NCBI GenBank assembly: GCA_013239625.1
Contig: MU053418.1
Coordinates: 1 to 64,000 of the forward strand
DNA length: 64,000 bases
Reading direction: 5' to 3'
Source of the DNA: Lama guanicoe
Taxonomy: Eukaryota
Below the pieces are notes generated by a model. The model did not search any database, was not told where the DNA came from, and was given only the letters and a program-made list of their open reading frames with translations. A program made the translations under genes and the position numbers. This document shows, one piece after another, positions 13,080 to 25,705 of the stretch. Each line of letters begins with the position of its first letter. Position 1 is the stretch's first letter.

Positions 13080-13250
13080 GACCTTTCACAGAATGTGCAC
13101 AACAGCTCTGTGAAGTGGGTGCTGTCATCTTTATCTGATAGAAGAAACACAAAGGCCCAGAGAGGGTCAGTCCCTTGCCCAAGATCGCACAGCATGTACG
13201 TGGCAGGGCCTTGATTCAGACCCAGGCCACTGGACTCCGGCAATGGGGTT
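13080..13250 (+). mobile_element. MIR SINE
   Basis: aacaacagctctgtgaagtggg...gaagaaacacaaaggcccagagagggtcagtcccttgcccaagatcgcacagc. Confidence 0.75.
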
Positions 13251-15559
13251 CTGCGTCTCTCTCCAGAACTAGGGCGTGAGTTGCGTGATGTCCTGTCCTG
13301 GGAGTGAGCGCACAAAACCTTGTTTAAGCTAGTAGCTGATGTGGCTTTGATCTGATGTATTTTGATCTTATTATTTTTATGTTAGGAGCCTCTAAATAAC
13401 CATCATTTCAACAGTGCCCCAATTAGCAGGTCATTCACAGTGGATTAGAAATTGACTTGCATCAGGCCTCTCCATCAGCGCCTGGGAGAGGCTTCCAGCC
13501 TTAATTACCCACCCTGTTCATGGAGGAGGTTGGAGACTTGATGAGCTTACGTGGTGCCCCAGGTGGCCGTACCAGGGGCAGGGCAGGGTGCCCACCTCCA
13601 TGGGGAGGGCTGGTCAGCAGCAGGAGTGAGGCCGCTCTCTGTTGTGACTGCTGTTTCTTGGGATCCTGGGCATGATTTGGGTGGGGACTTTGATGGGGGG
13701 CCAGGGATGCCCAAGGAGAGGGGTCGGGGACTGATACGTATTTGGCATCTTTCTTGCGCACAGCACGAGGTTGGCCCTTGTGGTCCACGTTCTAAGTCAG
13801 TGCTCCCATAGCTCTCCTGGGTAGAGATTTGTATCCTCAATGAACAGAGAAAATAGGGGCTTGGGAAGGAGACACGGCTGCTGGCCGGAGGAGCTGTCGG
13901 AACTTCAGTCTGTGAGGTTCTAGTGCTCCTTCTGCTGCCCCTGGTGAGGCGGTGAAGCTGGTTCTCTGAGTGCCAGTGGGGCTGGAGCAGGAAGACCAGT
14001 CAGGCAACCGCCTGTTCCCTGAGCGTGTTCCCACTGCCCAGCCCCTGTGTCTTTGTCACACAGCACCCCTCACTTGCACTGCCCCCGTCTCTTGATCTAA
14101 ATCCTTTTCTTGCTTTGAGCCCCTGATGCTCACCCTACATGAGTTCACCCTCTTCTGGGTCCCAGAGAGCTTCCTCTTATCTTCCTCCAAGGCTGAGTTG
14201 TGGGGGTCTGTCTCTTAGGTGGATCCTAAGCTCCTCAGTTGGGGTGTGTGTTCATCCTGCCCTTTGCCTCTCCAGTGCTCAGTGCAGGGATTTGCGCTTA
14301 GTGGGATGCTGAGTGTATGTATGAAATACCCCAGAGGGAGGAAACCAGTCCATCCATGGTCAGCAGTGGGATGTGTGCCCATATGGGGAAACTGAGGCCC
14401 AGAGAGGTTCAGCAATGTCAGAACCCAGCATATATGAAGTGGGGACGGGGCTTGCCTTCAGAAGTCAGGTGGGGGGGAGCCAGTTGGGGTGGACCACAGG
14501 GAGCAGGGACCCAATGATGGTGTGATGAGAGCTCTCGCTGGCATCCTGGGCTGCGGCCGAGGTCTGGAGTTCCTGGACAACCTTACACTCCAGAGCTATA
14601 CAGTGTATATCATCAGATGACTTTTTAAAGGCGTGAATGCAATGTATTAACATTAAAGAGAACAGGTACAAGAGAAGATAGAAAAATCCATTCGCCATCC
14701 CAGACCTTGGCCTTTAGTGTTTTCTCTTGCCTTTTTCAAAAGCATGCTTTCTACTTAGTTGTAATCCTGGTGAGCGTAACATGTCGTGTCCTGGTTTTGT
14801 CCCTTCGTCAACTCTCAGAAGCATTTTTAGACTGGAAGGCGTCTCAGTAAAGCTCTTATCTGTTGTGCAGCCTCACATCGTGTTATCTGGAAAATAGACA
14901 CAGCGATGCCTGCTGTACAGGGATGTCATGCAAGTAATGGGAATTCATATATAGAGTACCTGCCAGAGTGTTTGGCACAGAGAAAAGTCTCACAGAATAG
15001 TCTGTCCTCCTACATAGCTTCATACTTGCCCAGAAGATTATTTTCCTTTTGTAAAAAAGAATGACCTGTTTACAACATGAAATTTTAGCAAAATGTAGAA
15101 GAGAAGGAAAAATGCAGCTACCTTTAACATTTTGCAGTATTTCCTCCTGGTCTTTCATGCATGTTAAGTTTGATTTCATTGATATCATAAAATACGTACA
15201 GTTTTGTATGACTTGCACATAACTTTTATGACAAGTACTTTCCCATGTTACTGTAGTATGTTCAGACATAGTTCTAGAGGCTGCATGAGCTTTAAAGCAA
15301 ATGGAACCCTTTTATATTACTTACCTCTCTGCATCTTTTAGATCGTTAGCAATATATCAACAGTCTGAGTAAGTATCTTCTGAATGTTTTTGGATCTCAA
15401 GCCATATTCATAGTTTGGATAGATGCCCAAAGTGATTTTCCCATCTTGCTGGACTGCTGTGTGCCAGGCATGTGGTGTGTCTGGAAAAGGATGGGGAGCA
15501 GAATGGGCATGTCCCCTTGTCCCCCTGGAGCCTGAGGTCCAGTGGGAGAGACAGTTACA

Positions 15560-15905
15560 CAGGCAGTGCACCGTGTGGTGATGGGGGAACTATGGGATGC
15601 AGATGAAGCACGTGACAAAGGGTCCTAAGCCAGCCTGGGGGTGCAGAGTCTGAGTCTTCAAGCAAGAATGAATATGAAGCTACAGGAGGCCATGGGAAAC
15701 ATGACGGGTTCAAGGGGCCGAAAGGTGGGCAGTTGGTTGGAACAAAGTGGGCAGGGCTGTGTGAGGGCTGCAGGCATCAGGGAGCCTGAAAGACTGCCCT
15801 AAGGAGTTTGACTCTATGCCCAAGGCCCTTGGAAGCCACCAGAGGGCTTTAAACAGGAGCACGACAAGACTGGATTTCAGTTCAGGAGTGAACTTGGCTG
15901 TGTGG
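15560..15905. mobile_element. L2 LINE fragment
   Basis: taaggagtttgactctatgccc...ggaagccaccagagggctttaaacaggag. Confidence 0.6.
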
Positions 15906-15964
15906 AGCCTGAATAGGAGGGGCCAGAGCATTTTGGGTGGCTGCGTGATTTTCAAGACAGGCCA

Positions 15965-16096
15965 GAGACAGGCTCATAGATGTAGAAAACAAACTATGGC
16001 TGCCAAAGGGGAAAAGATGGGAAGGGATAAATTAGGAGTTTGGGATTAACATATACACATTACTTTATATAAAATAAGTAAACAGCAAAAGACCTA
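15965..16096 (+). mobile_element. L1 3' UTR fragment running into the assembly gap
   Basis: gaaaacaaactatggctgccaaaggggaaa...gggataaattaggagtttgggattaacatatacac is a cetartiodactyl-type L1 3' end. Confidence 0.8.
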
Positions 16097-16740
16097 NNNN
16101 NNNNNNNNNNNNNNNNNNNNNNNNNNNNNNNNNNNNNNNNNNNNNNNNNNNNNNNNNNNNNNNNNNNNNNNNNNNNNNNNNNNNNNNNNNNNNNNNNNNN
16201 NNNNNNNNNNNNNNNNNNNNNNNNNNNNNNNNNNNNNNNNNNNNNNNNNNNNNNNNNNNNNNNNNNNNNNNNNNNNNNNNNNNNNNNNNNNNNNNNNNNN
16301 NNNNNNNNNNNNNNNNNNNNNNNNNNNNNNNNNNNNNNNNNNNNNNNNNNNNNNNNNNNNNNNNNNNNNNNNNNNNNNNNNNNNNNNNNNNNNNNNNNNN
16401 NNNNNNNNNNNNNNNNNNNNNNNNNNNNNNNNNNNNNNNNNNNNNNNNNNNNNNNNNNNNNNNNNNNNNNNNNNNNNNNNNNNNNNNNNNNNNNNNNNNN
16501 NNNNNNNNNNNNNNNNNNNNNNNNNNNNNNNNNNNNNNNNNNNNNNNNNNNNNNNNNNNNNNNNNNNNNNNNNNNNNNNNNNNNNNNNNNNNNNNNNNNN
16601 NNNNNNNNNNNNNNNNNNNNNNNNNNNNNNNNNNNNNNNNNNNNNNNNNNNNNNNNNNNNNNNNNNNNNNNNNNNNNNNNNNNNNNNNNNNNNNNNNNNN
16701 NNNNNNNNNNNNNNNNNNNNNNNNNNNNNNNNNNNNNNNN
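16097..16740. other. Assembly gap (644 N)
   Basis: Run of n. Confidence 1.
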
Positions 16741-17498
16741 GCTGGCTCCTGGTTGTGTTCCTTCTCTCCACCTGCGGTTACCACCCCAGCTGCGGGAGCA
16801 TCTTCCTTTGTTATTGTCAAGTGGCTTTTGAATAATCCTAGGCTTCTGCAACCAAATGCTTCATTGGGGGTTTGACCCAGTATTTTTATCATGTGAATCA
16901 AGTGGACTTGGCCAGGAAACCTAGGGTTTCTGTTTTATTTTTGCCTACACTTTGGGTCCTCATGGGTGTCTCCCTGACTTTCCACAGTAATTCATTCCCT
17001 TCAGCCCCAATCAGTTTAGTTCAACAGACAGCTGTAGAGCACACAGAACATTCTTGGCCTATGGCTTGGCCTTGGGGGATACATGGATCAACAAAACGAG
17101 TTCACACCTCTTAAGAGGCTCACAGCCCAAGGTGGGAAACAGGATGCTAATTCAGTAGCCCTGATGGGTGTCTCAAGCAGACGTGGCTTGGATCTCTGTT
17201 CTACTCTTCCTGCTTGAGTAGCCTAGGACAGGTGATTTTTACCTCTCTTGACTTCTGTTTTCCCATCAGTTGACTGGACACAAGAACATCTTGCTGGCAG
17301 GATCACAAAGGGCATCAGTGAGACTGTGCCTGTGAGAGCCTCTGGCCTGGCCCTCCATGGGTTCTTGGGCTCCGGAGGGAGGCAGCGTTTCTTGGAAACC
17401 TGGATGTGAGCTGCTTGGCATGAGCTGCACAAATTGAAGCCAGGGCAGCATCGTACCCATGTTGACCCCTTCCCTCTCTCTCTCCCCTCTCTTTCCAG

Positions 17499-17783
17499 CC
17501 TGTGACCTCATGACCCAGGGGATTTTGGCCTTGGTCACGTCCACCGGCTGTGCGTCTGCCAACACCCTGCAGTCCCTCACAGATGTGATGCACGTCCCAC
17601 ACCTCTTTGTCCAGCACAACCCAGAGGGGTCTCTGCTTACCGCCTGCCATCTGAACCCCAGCCCAGATGGTGAGGCCTACACACTGGCCTCCAGACCGCC
17701 CATGCGCCTCAAAGATGTCATGCTCAGGCTGGTGACAGAGCTGTGCTGGCAGAAGTTCACCATGTTCTACAATAGCGCATATG
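17499..17783 (+). pseudogene. GRID1: Isolated, diverged copy of GRID1 (GluD1) exon 3, amino-terminal domain
   Basis: [95 protein letters not shown]. Long polypyrimidine tract and ttccag| acceptor; G|gtgagt donor; 285 nt, phase 1-1. The gene identity is strong. Pseudogene status is inferred from divergence and context. Confidence 0.85.
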
Positions 17784-20700
17784 GTGAGTTAGGGCCACGA
17801 GCTTCTCTGGGGCTCCGGTGGGGGCACAGCTGGGCACTGGGAGACGTAGGAGCTGGACCATCACCTTTGGCAGCTGAGTGTTTGTGGAGGGGGCTGGGTG
17901 TGGATGGCAGTTTGTGGTCTGAACTGAGTGAGCCTCTGAGTGGTAGGGCCCACCCTTGAGCTTCATTAATGTGGGGGAGGAGCTCTGAAAACAGATCTGT
18001 AGACAGGCACTAAAGTTGCCTAGCAACAACTCCTTATCATGTCAGCTGAAGTTTGAATCATCTTAGAGTTTTCAATAAAATATTAATAAACTGCTGGCAG
18101 GGATCCAAAGGGCTGCACCTAGGCAGCGGTGGAGGCTGGCCAGCATGGGTCCTCCCAGAAGCCTCCTCTGCAAAGAGTGCCCCTCTCAATGGACGCCCTC
18201 CTGGCCTTCCCACCTCCTTGCCTACCTCTGCCCTGAGCTGCTCTCAGTTTCAGAGTCTCAGGCTGGGGCAAGGGTCAGGGAGAGGGACACCCTGAATGTC
18301 ATGGAGCCAGGCTGGGGTTGTGTGGGTCTAGGGACACTGGGCATGGCTAGACATGGCTTCTCTGAAGACTTCCCATATGAAAAAATAAAATCATAATTTG
18401 CTTGTTAGGAAACCAGAAAAATGGACTTTGAAGGAATTGCTTCAGGTTTTCTTACAGTTGCTCTGTGAAAACAGATCAATTCTGGTCCCAAAATAAAACA
18501 GTTTCCATGTTATGAGACAATTGAGATTCACATGCAATTATGAGAAGTAATGTAGAGATCCTGTTGCCCCAACACTTTGCCTGTCATTCCATGTCCTAAG
18601 CAGGATTTGACCTTGTCCATAGGCCGTGTTCATGTTCACCAGCTTTCATGCACTTGGGTGTGTGTATTCACTTCCGTGCAGTTTGTCACATGTGGATTCA
18701 TCACCACCACAGTCAGATGCAGAGAAGGTCCCTTACAAGTATCCCCATGCTACCCTTTTATAGCCAAAGCTACCCATATTACATGTCTTTAAAGGGTGTG
18801 GAGGACTGGGGAGAGTCAGCAGCAACATAACTGGGGCCACGATACCATGGGGTGGACTCTCAAAAGTCCTGTTTTTCTCTCTTGGAGAAAGAATTCCTTT
18901 GCCAAGAATGTGACTAAGAAGAGAAACCAGCACATGATTGCATTTGCCTAAATACTCTGCGTCTCTAAGATGGGAATGTTGTCCTCAGCTCTTGAGCAAA
19001 TGTGCTGTTTGGAGTCTTCCAGGAGGAATTGAAAGAGCAAACAGTTACTGTGCTCAAATAAAGATGAGGTGGTGATGGGGACAAGGGAGGCTGGAGGCTC
19101 TGGGCAATTGAACTGGACTCTGTCCAGAACCTGGCCTCTCTCTCCCACCCCCATTCAACCCCTGTCCCTGGGGAGGAGTTGGAGATTGTCTCACAGCATC
19201 TCTCATGGGCCCAACCTTCCCCTGAGAACCCCAGGGGCTCAACCCCAACTTAGTGCGTGCTCTGAGGCTGGGTCCCTTGGGGAGGTGTAGACACTGCCAG
19301 TGCTGGAGGGGTGCTGTGGTCCAGTGTCTGTAGGCCCTTCCCACCTCTCTTCTCCTGGCTCTTTTCCTGCCCTTCTTCTCTGATGTATAGAAACTCTTCA
19401 AGCCTTGGCTCCTCCTAAGGACTTGAGGTGGCTTTGAGGGGAACCTCAGCCATAGGAGGCAGGTATCAGCTTACAGCCTGCCCACCCCATCTGGGCTCCT
19501 GTTATTTTTGCAGACTGAATGACGCCTGATGGCACTTGCTCAAACTCACTGTTTTCTTCTTATTACATTGCTTTCCCCCCTTGGCTCTAAGATCCAGTCC
19601 TCCAGGAAGGACACCCTGATCTCCACTTGTCTGCAGACTCCTCCCTCTCCCATGAAGCTGGTTCCTTGGTTACATGCTCTCATAGACACGCATCTTCTTC
19701 CCTCAGCCTGCTCTCAGCTTGTTCCGACACACTCCGAGGGCTGATCCTTGATGGACACTTACTCCTACTCAGACTGTGAGCTCCAGGAGAGCAGGCCATG
19801 GGATGTTCACTGCTGTGTCCCTGCTGCATCCCTGCTGCTGAGCATGGTGGCCAACACAGAATTGGCCCTAAGAAATTGTCACTGTGTAAATGAACCAATT
19901 CATTTATGAGGACATAGACTTTTCAAACAAGTTTTTGCACAAGAAAATGGAGATATACAAGGGTACTGCATAGTCTTTACCTCTGAGGTCGGGGAGGTGA
20001 GCTAGGAAACAGATGTTTCATTCTGTTGATACTCTCCCCTGCCCCTCTCCTCTCCTCTCCCACCCAGAACCTCCAATCAAACCAAAAGTTATGCTTTTCT
20101 TTTCTAACATGGAGACCTTGCTACCTTCATGGGGTTGAAGTTAGTTTTCAACAAGACTGTCCTTTATTAGTGATTCTATAAAGACACAGGATGACCAATG
20201 GCTTTCCTTTGGTAGACACTGCAGGCAATTTGTCAAGCCTTGAATGCTGTGTTGGAAAGGATTCTGAGGATGCGTGTGGGCTCAGCAGTAGAAAGAGCTG
20301 GGATTGCTCTAAGAAGGATCATGGTGCAGGGGAGAAGCTGGCAGCAACCTGCTCTGTTTGCTGAGTCTGATCTGTAAGGTGGGGGCAATTAAAGCCTCTC
20401 TGAGCTGCCTTACACTTGGCTGCCTCTGTCCACGGTGCTGATCCATTTGGCTTTAGACGTTCTGGAGGCCAGTGTTCTTTCATAGGGATCTGTGCAGGAC
20501 TTCCTGTCTTCACCTGCCCTGGTCATTGGCCCCCTGATTTGAGAATCTTTGAGACCAGGTTTCTACCCCAAAACATTGTGTGTAAACCTTTAACCATTCC
20601 CAACTCCTCTTACTTGTTTTGGCCATGCCCCTCATGCACAACCCAACCTCTGGCCCATTTTCAACATGTTAGGTGAATCAAAGTGGTATGGTGTTTGATG

Positions 20701-22009
20701 CAGCCCAAAGAATGAAGGGTTTGGGTGCTCCCTCAGCTTGGTTGGCACTCGTCTGTCCGAGGGCTGTGGATGGATTTATATTGCTGAAACGCCCACAACA
20801 GATGGTGTCTCCCTGATTCCTTGAGGCCCTTCCTTCACCCTACCACTGCAACACTAGCTGTGATGAGCCTAGTTAAAAAGCAAATTGAGTGTAAAGACTG
20901 TTTCATTCCTTCCAAAGTCGAACAGAAGTGGTTTGGGGGATATAGTGACTTTTTTTGATGTTGATCTGCAAGTATTTTACATGTTTTAATTTATTTAAGC
21001 CATTCTATAACTCTCTGAGGTAGGATTATTGCCGCATTTAACAAGTGAAGAGCATGAAGCTCAGAGAGATTCTTTTTGACCTTGATGCCCATGCACTTAG
21101 CAAAGGCACTGTCCTATTTCTGCAATCTGGGGCTTTCTGGCTCCAGCTTTCTTCTCCTGTCCCCAGCTGGGTACAGCTGATGCCAAGGAGATGTGTGGAA
21201 TGGACTTGGCATGCCCTATGTTGGTGCAATCAGTCACTTTAGTGAATGTCATATGTAAGTTCTCACCCTTGCAGGGTGAGGACTGATCCTCCCTCATTTG
21301 CCCCTCAACCTCCCTTTAAACAGGGGAATGTCCTGCCCTGAGTGAAGCCTGAGGATTGGGCATGTGAGTCAAGAGCCAAGGGCCAGAGAAGCAAAAGCAG
21401 GTTCTAAGACAGAACTTGGCAGAGGGGTGGGAGAGGAGTTTGTATGTGGTTTACAAAATGCAAGATGTGCCATTTGGTAAAATTCTGTTGAAAATACTTG
21501 TATGCTTGTTGTGACAGCAAAAGGAAAAATAAAAGAGAAGCTGACATTTGGGAGAGAAAATCTGTAACATTAAAATATCAAAAGTTTGGATTGAACAGAA
21601 GAGAGAACTTTCTGACTTGCCGCATCAAATTCTGGGATATTCATGTGTGTGCTGGGGAGGGTGTGCTAGAAACTACAGCCACAATTTCTCCCAGGTGAAC
21701 ACATTTGGATGAGGGGCATATTTATGACGGGCTCTTAGAAATCACTGACTCATTCATTAAACAAATATTCACTGAGTCCCTACCAGGCACAATTATTTTG
21801 CTAGGTGCTCATTTTAGATGAAGGAACAGATGGGTGGAGTATTTTGGTTAAAGCTGAACAGTGCTGGGATGGGAAGGCAGGACCCCCAGGGCTCTGGGTT
21901 GTGGTGGTCCCTCTTGGCCTCTGAGCCAGCTTATAGGCCTGGGATGAGTTGGCAGCTGGGATCCCACAGAAGTAAAAGCGTGGGGCTCTAAATGTGCGCC
22001 CATTTTCTA

Positions 22010-23040
22010 TCCACGCTTGTTTTCAAAGTATTTTAAAAAGCTTAAAATTTACACATGCTTACAATGTTTATGTCTAGTTAAAACAATGATAGTAAAGTGA
22101 ACTCCCATGAACCCAAACCAGTTTAAAACATGTAAAAGAGCCCTTGTGGGTCCTAATTCTATTATGTTCTCCCCTACCGAGGGGGCATAACCACTACCTT
22201 GATTGTGTTATAATCAGTTCTTGCTTTTCTTTATAGTTTATCATACAAGTATGGATCCTAACATGCCTATTGCTTGGCTTGGCCTCTTGGTGAACATTAA
22301 ATATATGGAGTTACACTTCTGTACCCTTTGGTGATGGTTTTTTTCATTCAACATTAGGTCTGTTCATTTGATGCCATTGGGTGTATTCAATCATTTTTAT
22401 TCCTGCAAAGTCATCACCTGATTTATTATCCATTTTGTCACTGTGGGCATTTGAGTTGTTCCCAGGTTTTTGCTATTACAATTGATGCTGATAAGAAGAT
22501 TCTTGTCTTTCTGTGTTCGTGTGCAAGAAGTTTTTGAGGGTCTCTCTCAAGGACCAGAATTGCTGGACTGTTGGGTCTTTGCATGTTTCACTTTATTAGT
22601 TTATTCCAAACTGTTTTCCAAAGCATTACTACCTATTTTGACTGCTGTCTGCAGTGTACAAGAGTTCTCGAAACTCCCCAACCTCACCAACACCTGGTAT
22701 TGTTTTTACTTTTAAGATTTTCACGTGGAATGGTGTCTTACTCTGATTTTAGTTTACATTGCCATGATAAAAGGTGAGGGAGGTTGAGCATCTTTTCATA
22801 TATTTATACATTATTTTTGTTTGCTCGCTTATGAAACACCTGTTTAAAGTTATTAATTTTTATGCCTGTTTTTAAGATTGAGCCCTTTCTTTTGTAAGTT
22901 AAGTAGGTTAAATGTCTTCTTTGAGTGATTTGTCTTAATTCACAGTAATTCTGTATTGTATTGTTGTCAAATTTATTCATCTTTTAGACACATAGCTCTA
23001 ATTCCTGTCACATTTAAGAGGCCCTTCCCTATCCAGATGA
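22010..23040 (-). mobile_element. Old L1 (L1ME-like) fragment, antisense
   Basis: gggcatttgagttgttcccaggtttttgctattacaa...aattgctgg...ccaaactgttttccaaagc...gaggttgagcatcttttcata. Confidence 0.75.
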
Positions 23041-23789
23041 CATAAAGATAGTCTCCTGCTGAAACCTCACTCTGTCCTGAGGGCAGATGTTGTCCTCCTT
23101 CCTGGGTGTCTGCAGCCTAGTTTGTAGCACTGCATGCACATGGATCCCGATGCTAGACCATATTTGTCTTCACCCAGTTGCCCGACATTCCTCCCTGATA
23201 CTGCTCCACTCGGCCGTGGCCACTGGGCTGATCTTATTCTTGGTGGTGATTGCACAGGTTGTGGCATGGTGGTTAGGAAGGGCTTCCTGGAGGAGGTGGC
23301 ATGTAAGCAAGAGTCTAAAGGTCTAGTAGGAGATAGATCAGCAAAGGGCACTGCGGGGAGGAGGGTAGGAAGAGTGTCCCAGGCAGAAGGCAAAACATGC
23401 TGGAAGACCTTGGGGCAATGCAGAGGAGAAAGAGCATATGGTTGGATTGTGGGCAGTGGCCATGGGTGTGGCTGGAGCTATGGGCCAGGCAGGCCTTAGA
23501 GGCCTCACTGATGATCTCAGAACCCCCAGAAATCTTTGGGAGCCATACCTTGCTACCTCAGGTGGTGCCTTTAGGTCCTGTTCTTTACGCCCAGGCAAGA
23601 GACCCGAGGACACATTTGGAGTCTTCATCTCCAGAGGGCCCTTTTGCCTGTGTCCAGACTCACTGACCACCTACAAAAGGAAAGAAACTGATGCACAAAG
23701 AACTGTGATCTGAGGACATACCCCAGACCCAGAGTCCAAGGCAGAGTCAGGACTTGAACTTCCCAGATGAGCCAGGTAGTCCAGATGTC

Positions 23790-24035
23790 AGTGAGTAACA
23801 GCTCACGTTTGTCCAGCCCTCACTCCGAGCTGGGCACTGCGTAAGCGCCTTAACTGCACCAGCTCACTTCATCATTGATACGGCAACCCTTCGAGATGGG
23901 TTCATGCTATCCTTGTTTTACAGACAAGGAAATTATGGCTCAGAGAATTAAAGGGACTTGTTCCAGGCCATATGGCTGGTGAGTAGGGGGTTGGCCAGGT
24001 CTGATTCCCAAAGCCCAGGTGTCACAGCTCTGCTC
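23790..24035 (+). mobile_element. MIR SINE
   Basis: ccttgttttacagacaaggaaattatggctcagagaattaaagggacttgttccaggccatatggctggtgag. Confidence 0.75.
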
Positions 24036-24659
24036 ACAGCCTCACAGTCTTCATGGCAAAGCTGTGGGGAGCGAACACTGCAGGTAGACTCTTTTCTTGA
24101 TTCATAAGGACTTACTGTAGCATTGTTAGTAACAGCAGACATTGCCAACAACTTAAATGTCCCTCCCTTAGCAGATTGGTTACATATATTAGGATACATA
24201 CATTTAATGGAAAATTGTGGTTCTTCATGTATTAAGAGGCCATAGTTCCAACACACGTGCTTAGCTCACGAAAGCAAAGTGAGAACAGTGACATGAGTAT
24301 TGCTCTGTGTAAAAGCAAGCTCACGCGTGTGTATTTGAGTACACACACACACAGACCTAAGGAAGCGCTGTGCTAGGGACGGAGGCACAATGACTTGGGA
24401 CAAGGATGGAGATATATTTTTCACTGCAGATTTCTAAATACCTCTTAAGTTTTGTGTCAAGTGCAAACAAAGAAGTAAGTAAATAAAAAATGAAATGTGA
24501 GTTTTCATCCTTCCCTCCTACTTACCGCCCATGCCGACTTCTCTGAGCTTCTGCTTCCTCATCTAAGGAACAGGAATGGTCTTTTCTGAGCTGCAGAGTA
24601 AAACCCTGCAGAGTTCCTGGCACATGGCAAGTAGTCTCTATGATAATAACAAATCACAC

Positions 24660-25100
24660 TAGGCCAGGGAGGAGGCTGGGCGGGGGAGCGCGGGGGGCAC
24701 GCGGGGCGCGGACACTCACCACATCATGCCGGAGGAGTCCTCGCCCGTGAGGTTGCTGGAGCGCGGCCGTGCGGCGACCAGCTCGGGGCCCGAGCCCGCC
24801 GCCGCCGCCGCCGCACGCGCTGAGCTCAATGCTTCGCGGCCGCCGCTCGGCCCACGCTGCGCCTCCCGGAGGGACCGCGCGGCCGCAGCCGCTGCAGCCG
24901 CAGCAACCGCCGCCTCGGGAGAGCTGCTGAGCGGCGGAACCGCCCGCCGCTCGGACCAACTGCCAGCAGCCGCTCGCCTGCCTGGCCAACGGAGGGCGGG
25001 TGGCGGAGGGAGGGGCCCGGCCTAGGAGGGCTCCGGGGCGGGGCCGGACAGCGAGCGCGCCGATTGGCTCCTGTGGCCCAGGGGCGGGTCTGCGCCCTTA
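24660..25100 (-). promoter_or_regulatory. CpG island promoter with GC boxes and CCAAT box
   Basis: Dense CpG content in an otherwise CpG-depleted window. GGGGCGGGGC at 25035-25044, GGGGCGGG at 25081-25088, ATTGG (CCAAT on the minus strand) at 25063-25067, (CCG)6 at 24796-24813. Confidence 0.85.
24720..24990 (-). other. Putative first exon of an unidentified gene (GC-rich 5' UTR plus ATG ATG TG|gtgagt)
   Basis: Consensus donor TG|gtgagt at 24720/24719 and ggcATG at 24727-24725. The 5' boundary is a guess, and no downstream exon was identified. Confidence 0.6.
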
Positions 25101-25114
25101 GGAAAGACACCTGT

Positions 25115-25705
25115 GTGAACTGGTGTCCACATAATTTGCATTCTTTTTTTTTCTATTAGGAATAATTTTGCTGTGAACATGTGTATACCAGTTTTGTGGG
25201 GATCTATATTTTCACTTCTCACAGCTATCTGCCTGAGATTGTCACGGCTGGGTTATAAGGAAACTCTATGGCCCTTTTAGAAACTGCCCGTTTCCCAAGT
25301 GGCTGCACGATTTTATATATTTCCACTAGTAGACTATGAGGGTTTCAGGTTATCTCTAAGTTATAGCCAACACCTGTTACCATCTGTCTTTTGATGACAG
25401 TCATTCTCATGGTTGTAAAGTGGCATCTCCTTGTGGTTTTGGATTGTGCTTCCCTGATATTGAGCTTCTCTCATATGCTTTTTAGCCATTTGTATTGTCT
25501 TCTTTGGAGCAACATGTATTAGCAATTTTATATTCTAGATAAAAGACTTTTCAGAAATATGATTTTTAAAAAAATTCTCTCATTCTGTGGGGTGTCCATT
25601 ACTTTCTTGAGAATGTCCTTTGAAGCAGAAAAGTCATTTAATTTTGGTAAAGTTTATTTCTTTTTTCTGTTCTTGCTTGTGTTTTCGTGTCATAGCTAAA
25701 GCTAT
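25115..25705 (-). mobile_element. L1 3' fragment, antisense
   Basis: gctgtgaacatgtgtataccag...ttcccaagtggctgcacgatttta...gtggcatctccttgtggttttg...ttgaagcagaaaagt. Confidence 0.8.

Noticed and set aside
16060..16901. Long ORFs of 225-278 aa
   Set aside because: Artefacts of translating the N gap.
6473..17498. miR-346, known from GRID1 intron 2
   Set aside because: I could not find the mature sequence TGTCTGCCCGCATGCCTGCCTCT by eye. The partial similarity near 7590 is insufficient.
24726..25025. Plus-strand poly-Ala ORF (MPEESSPV...)
   Set aside because: Stop-poor CpG-island sequence. The splice donor and promoter boxes point to the minus strand, and I recognise no homology.
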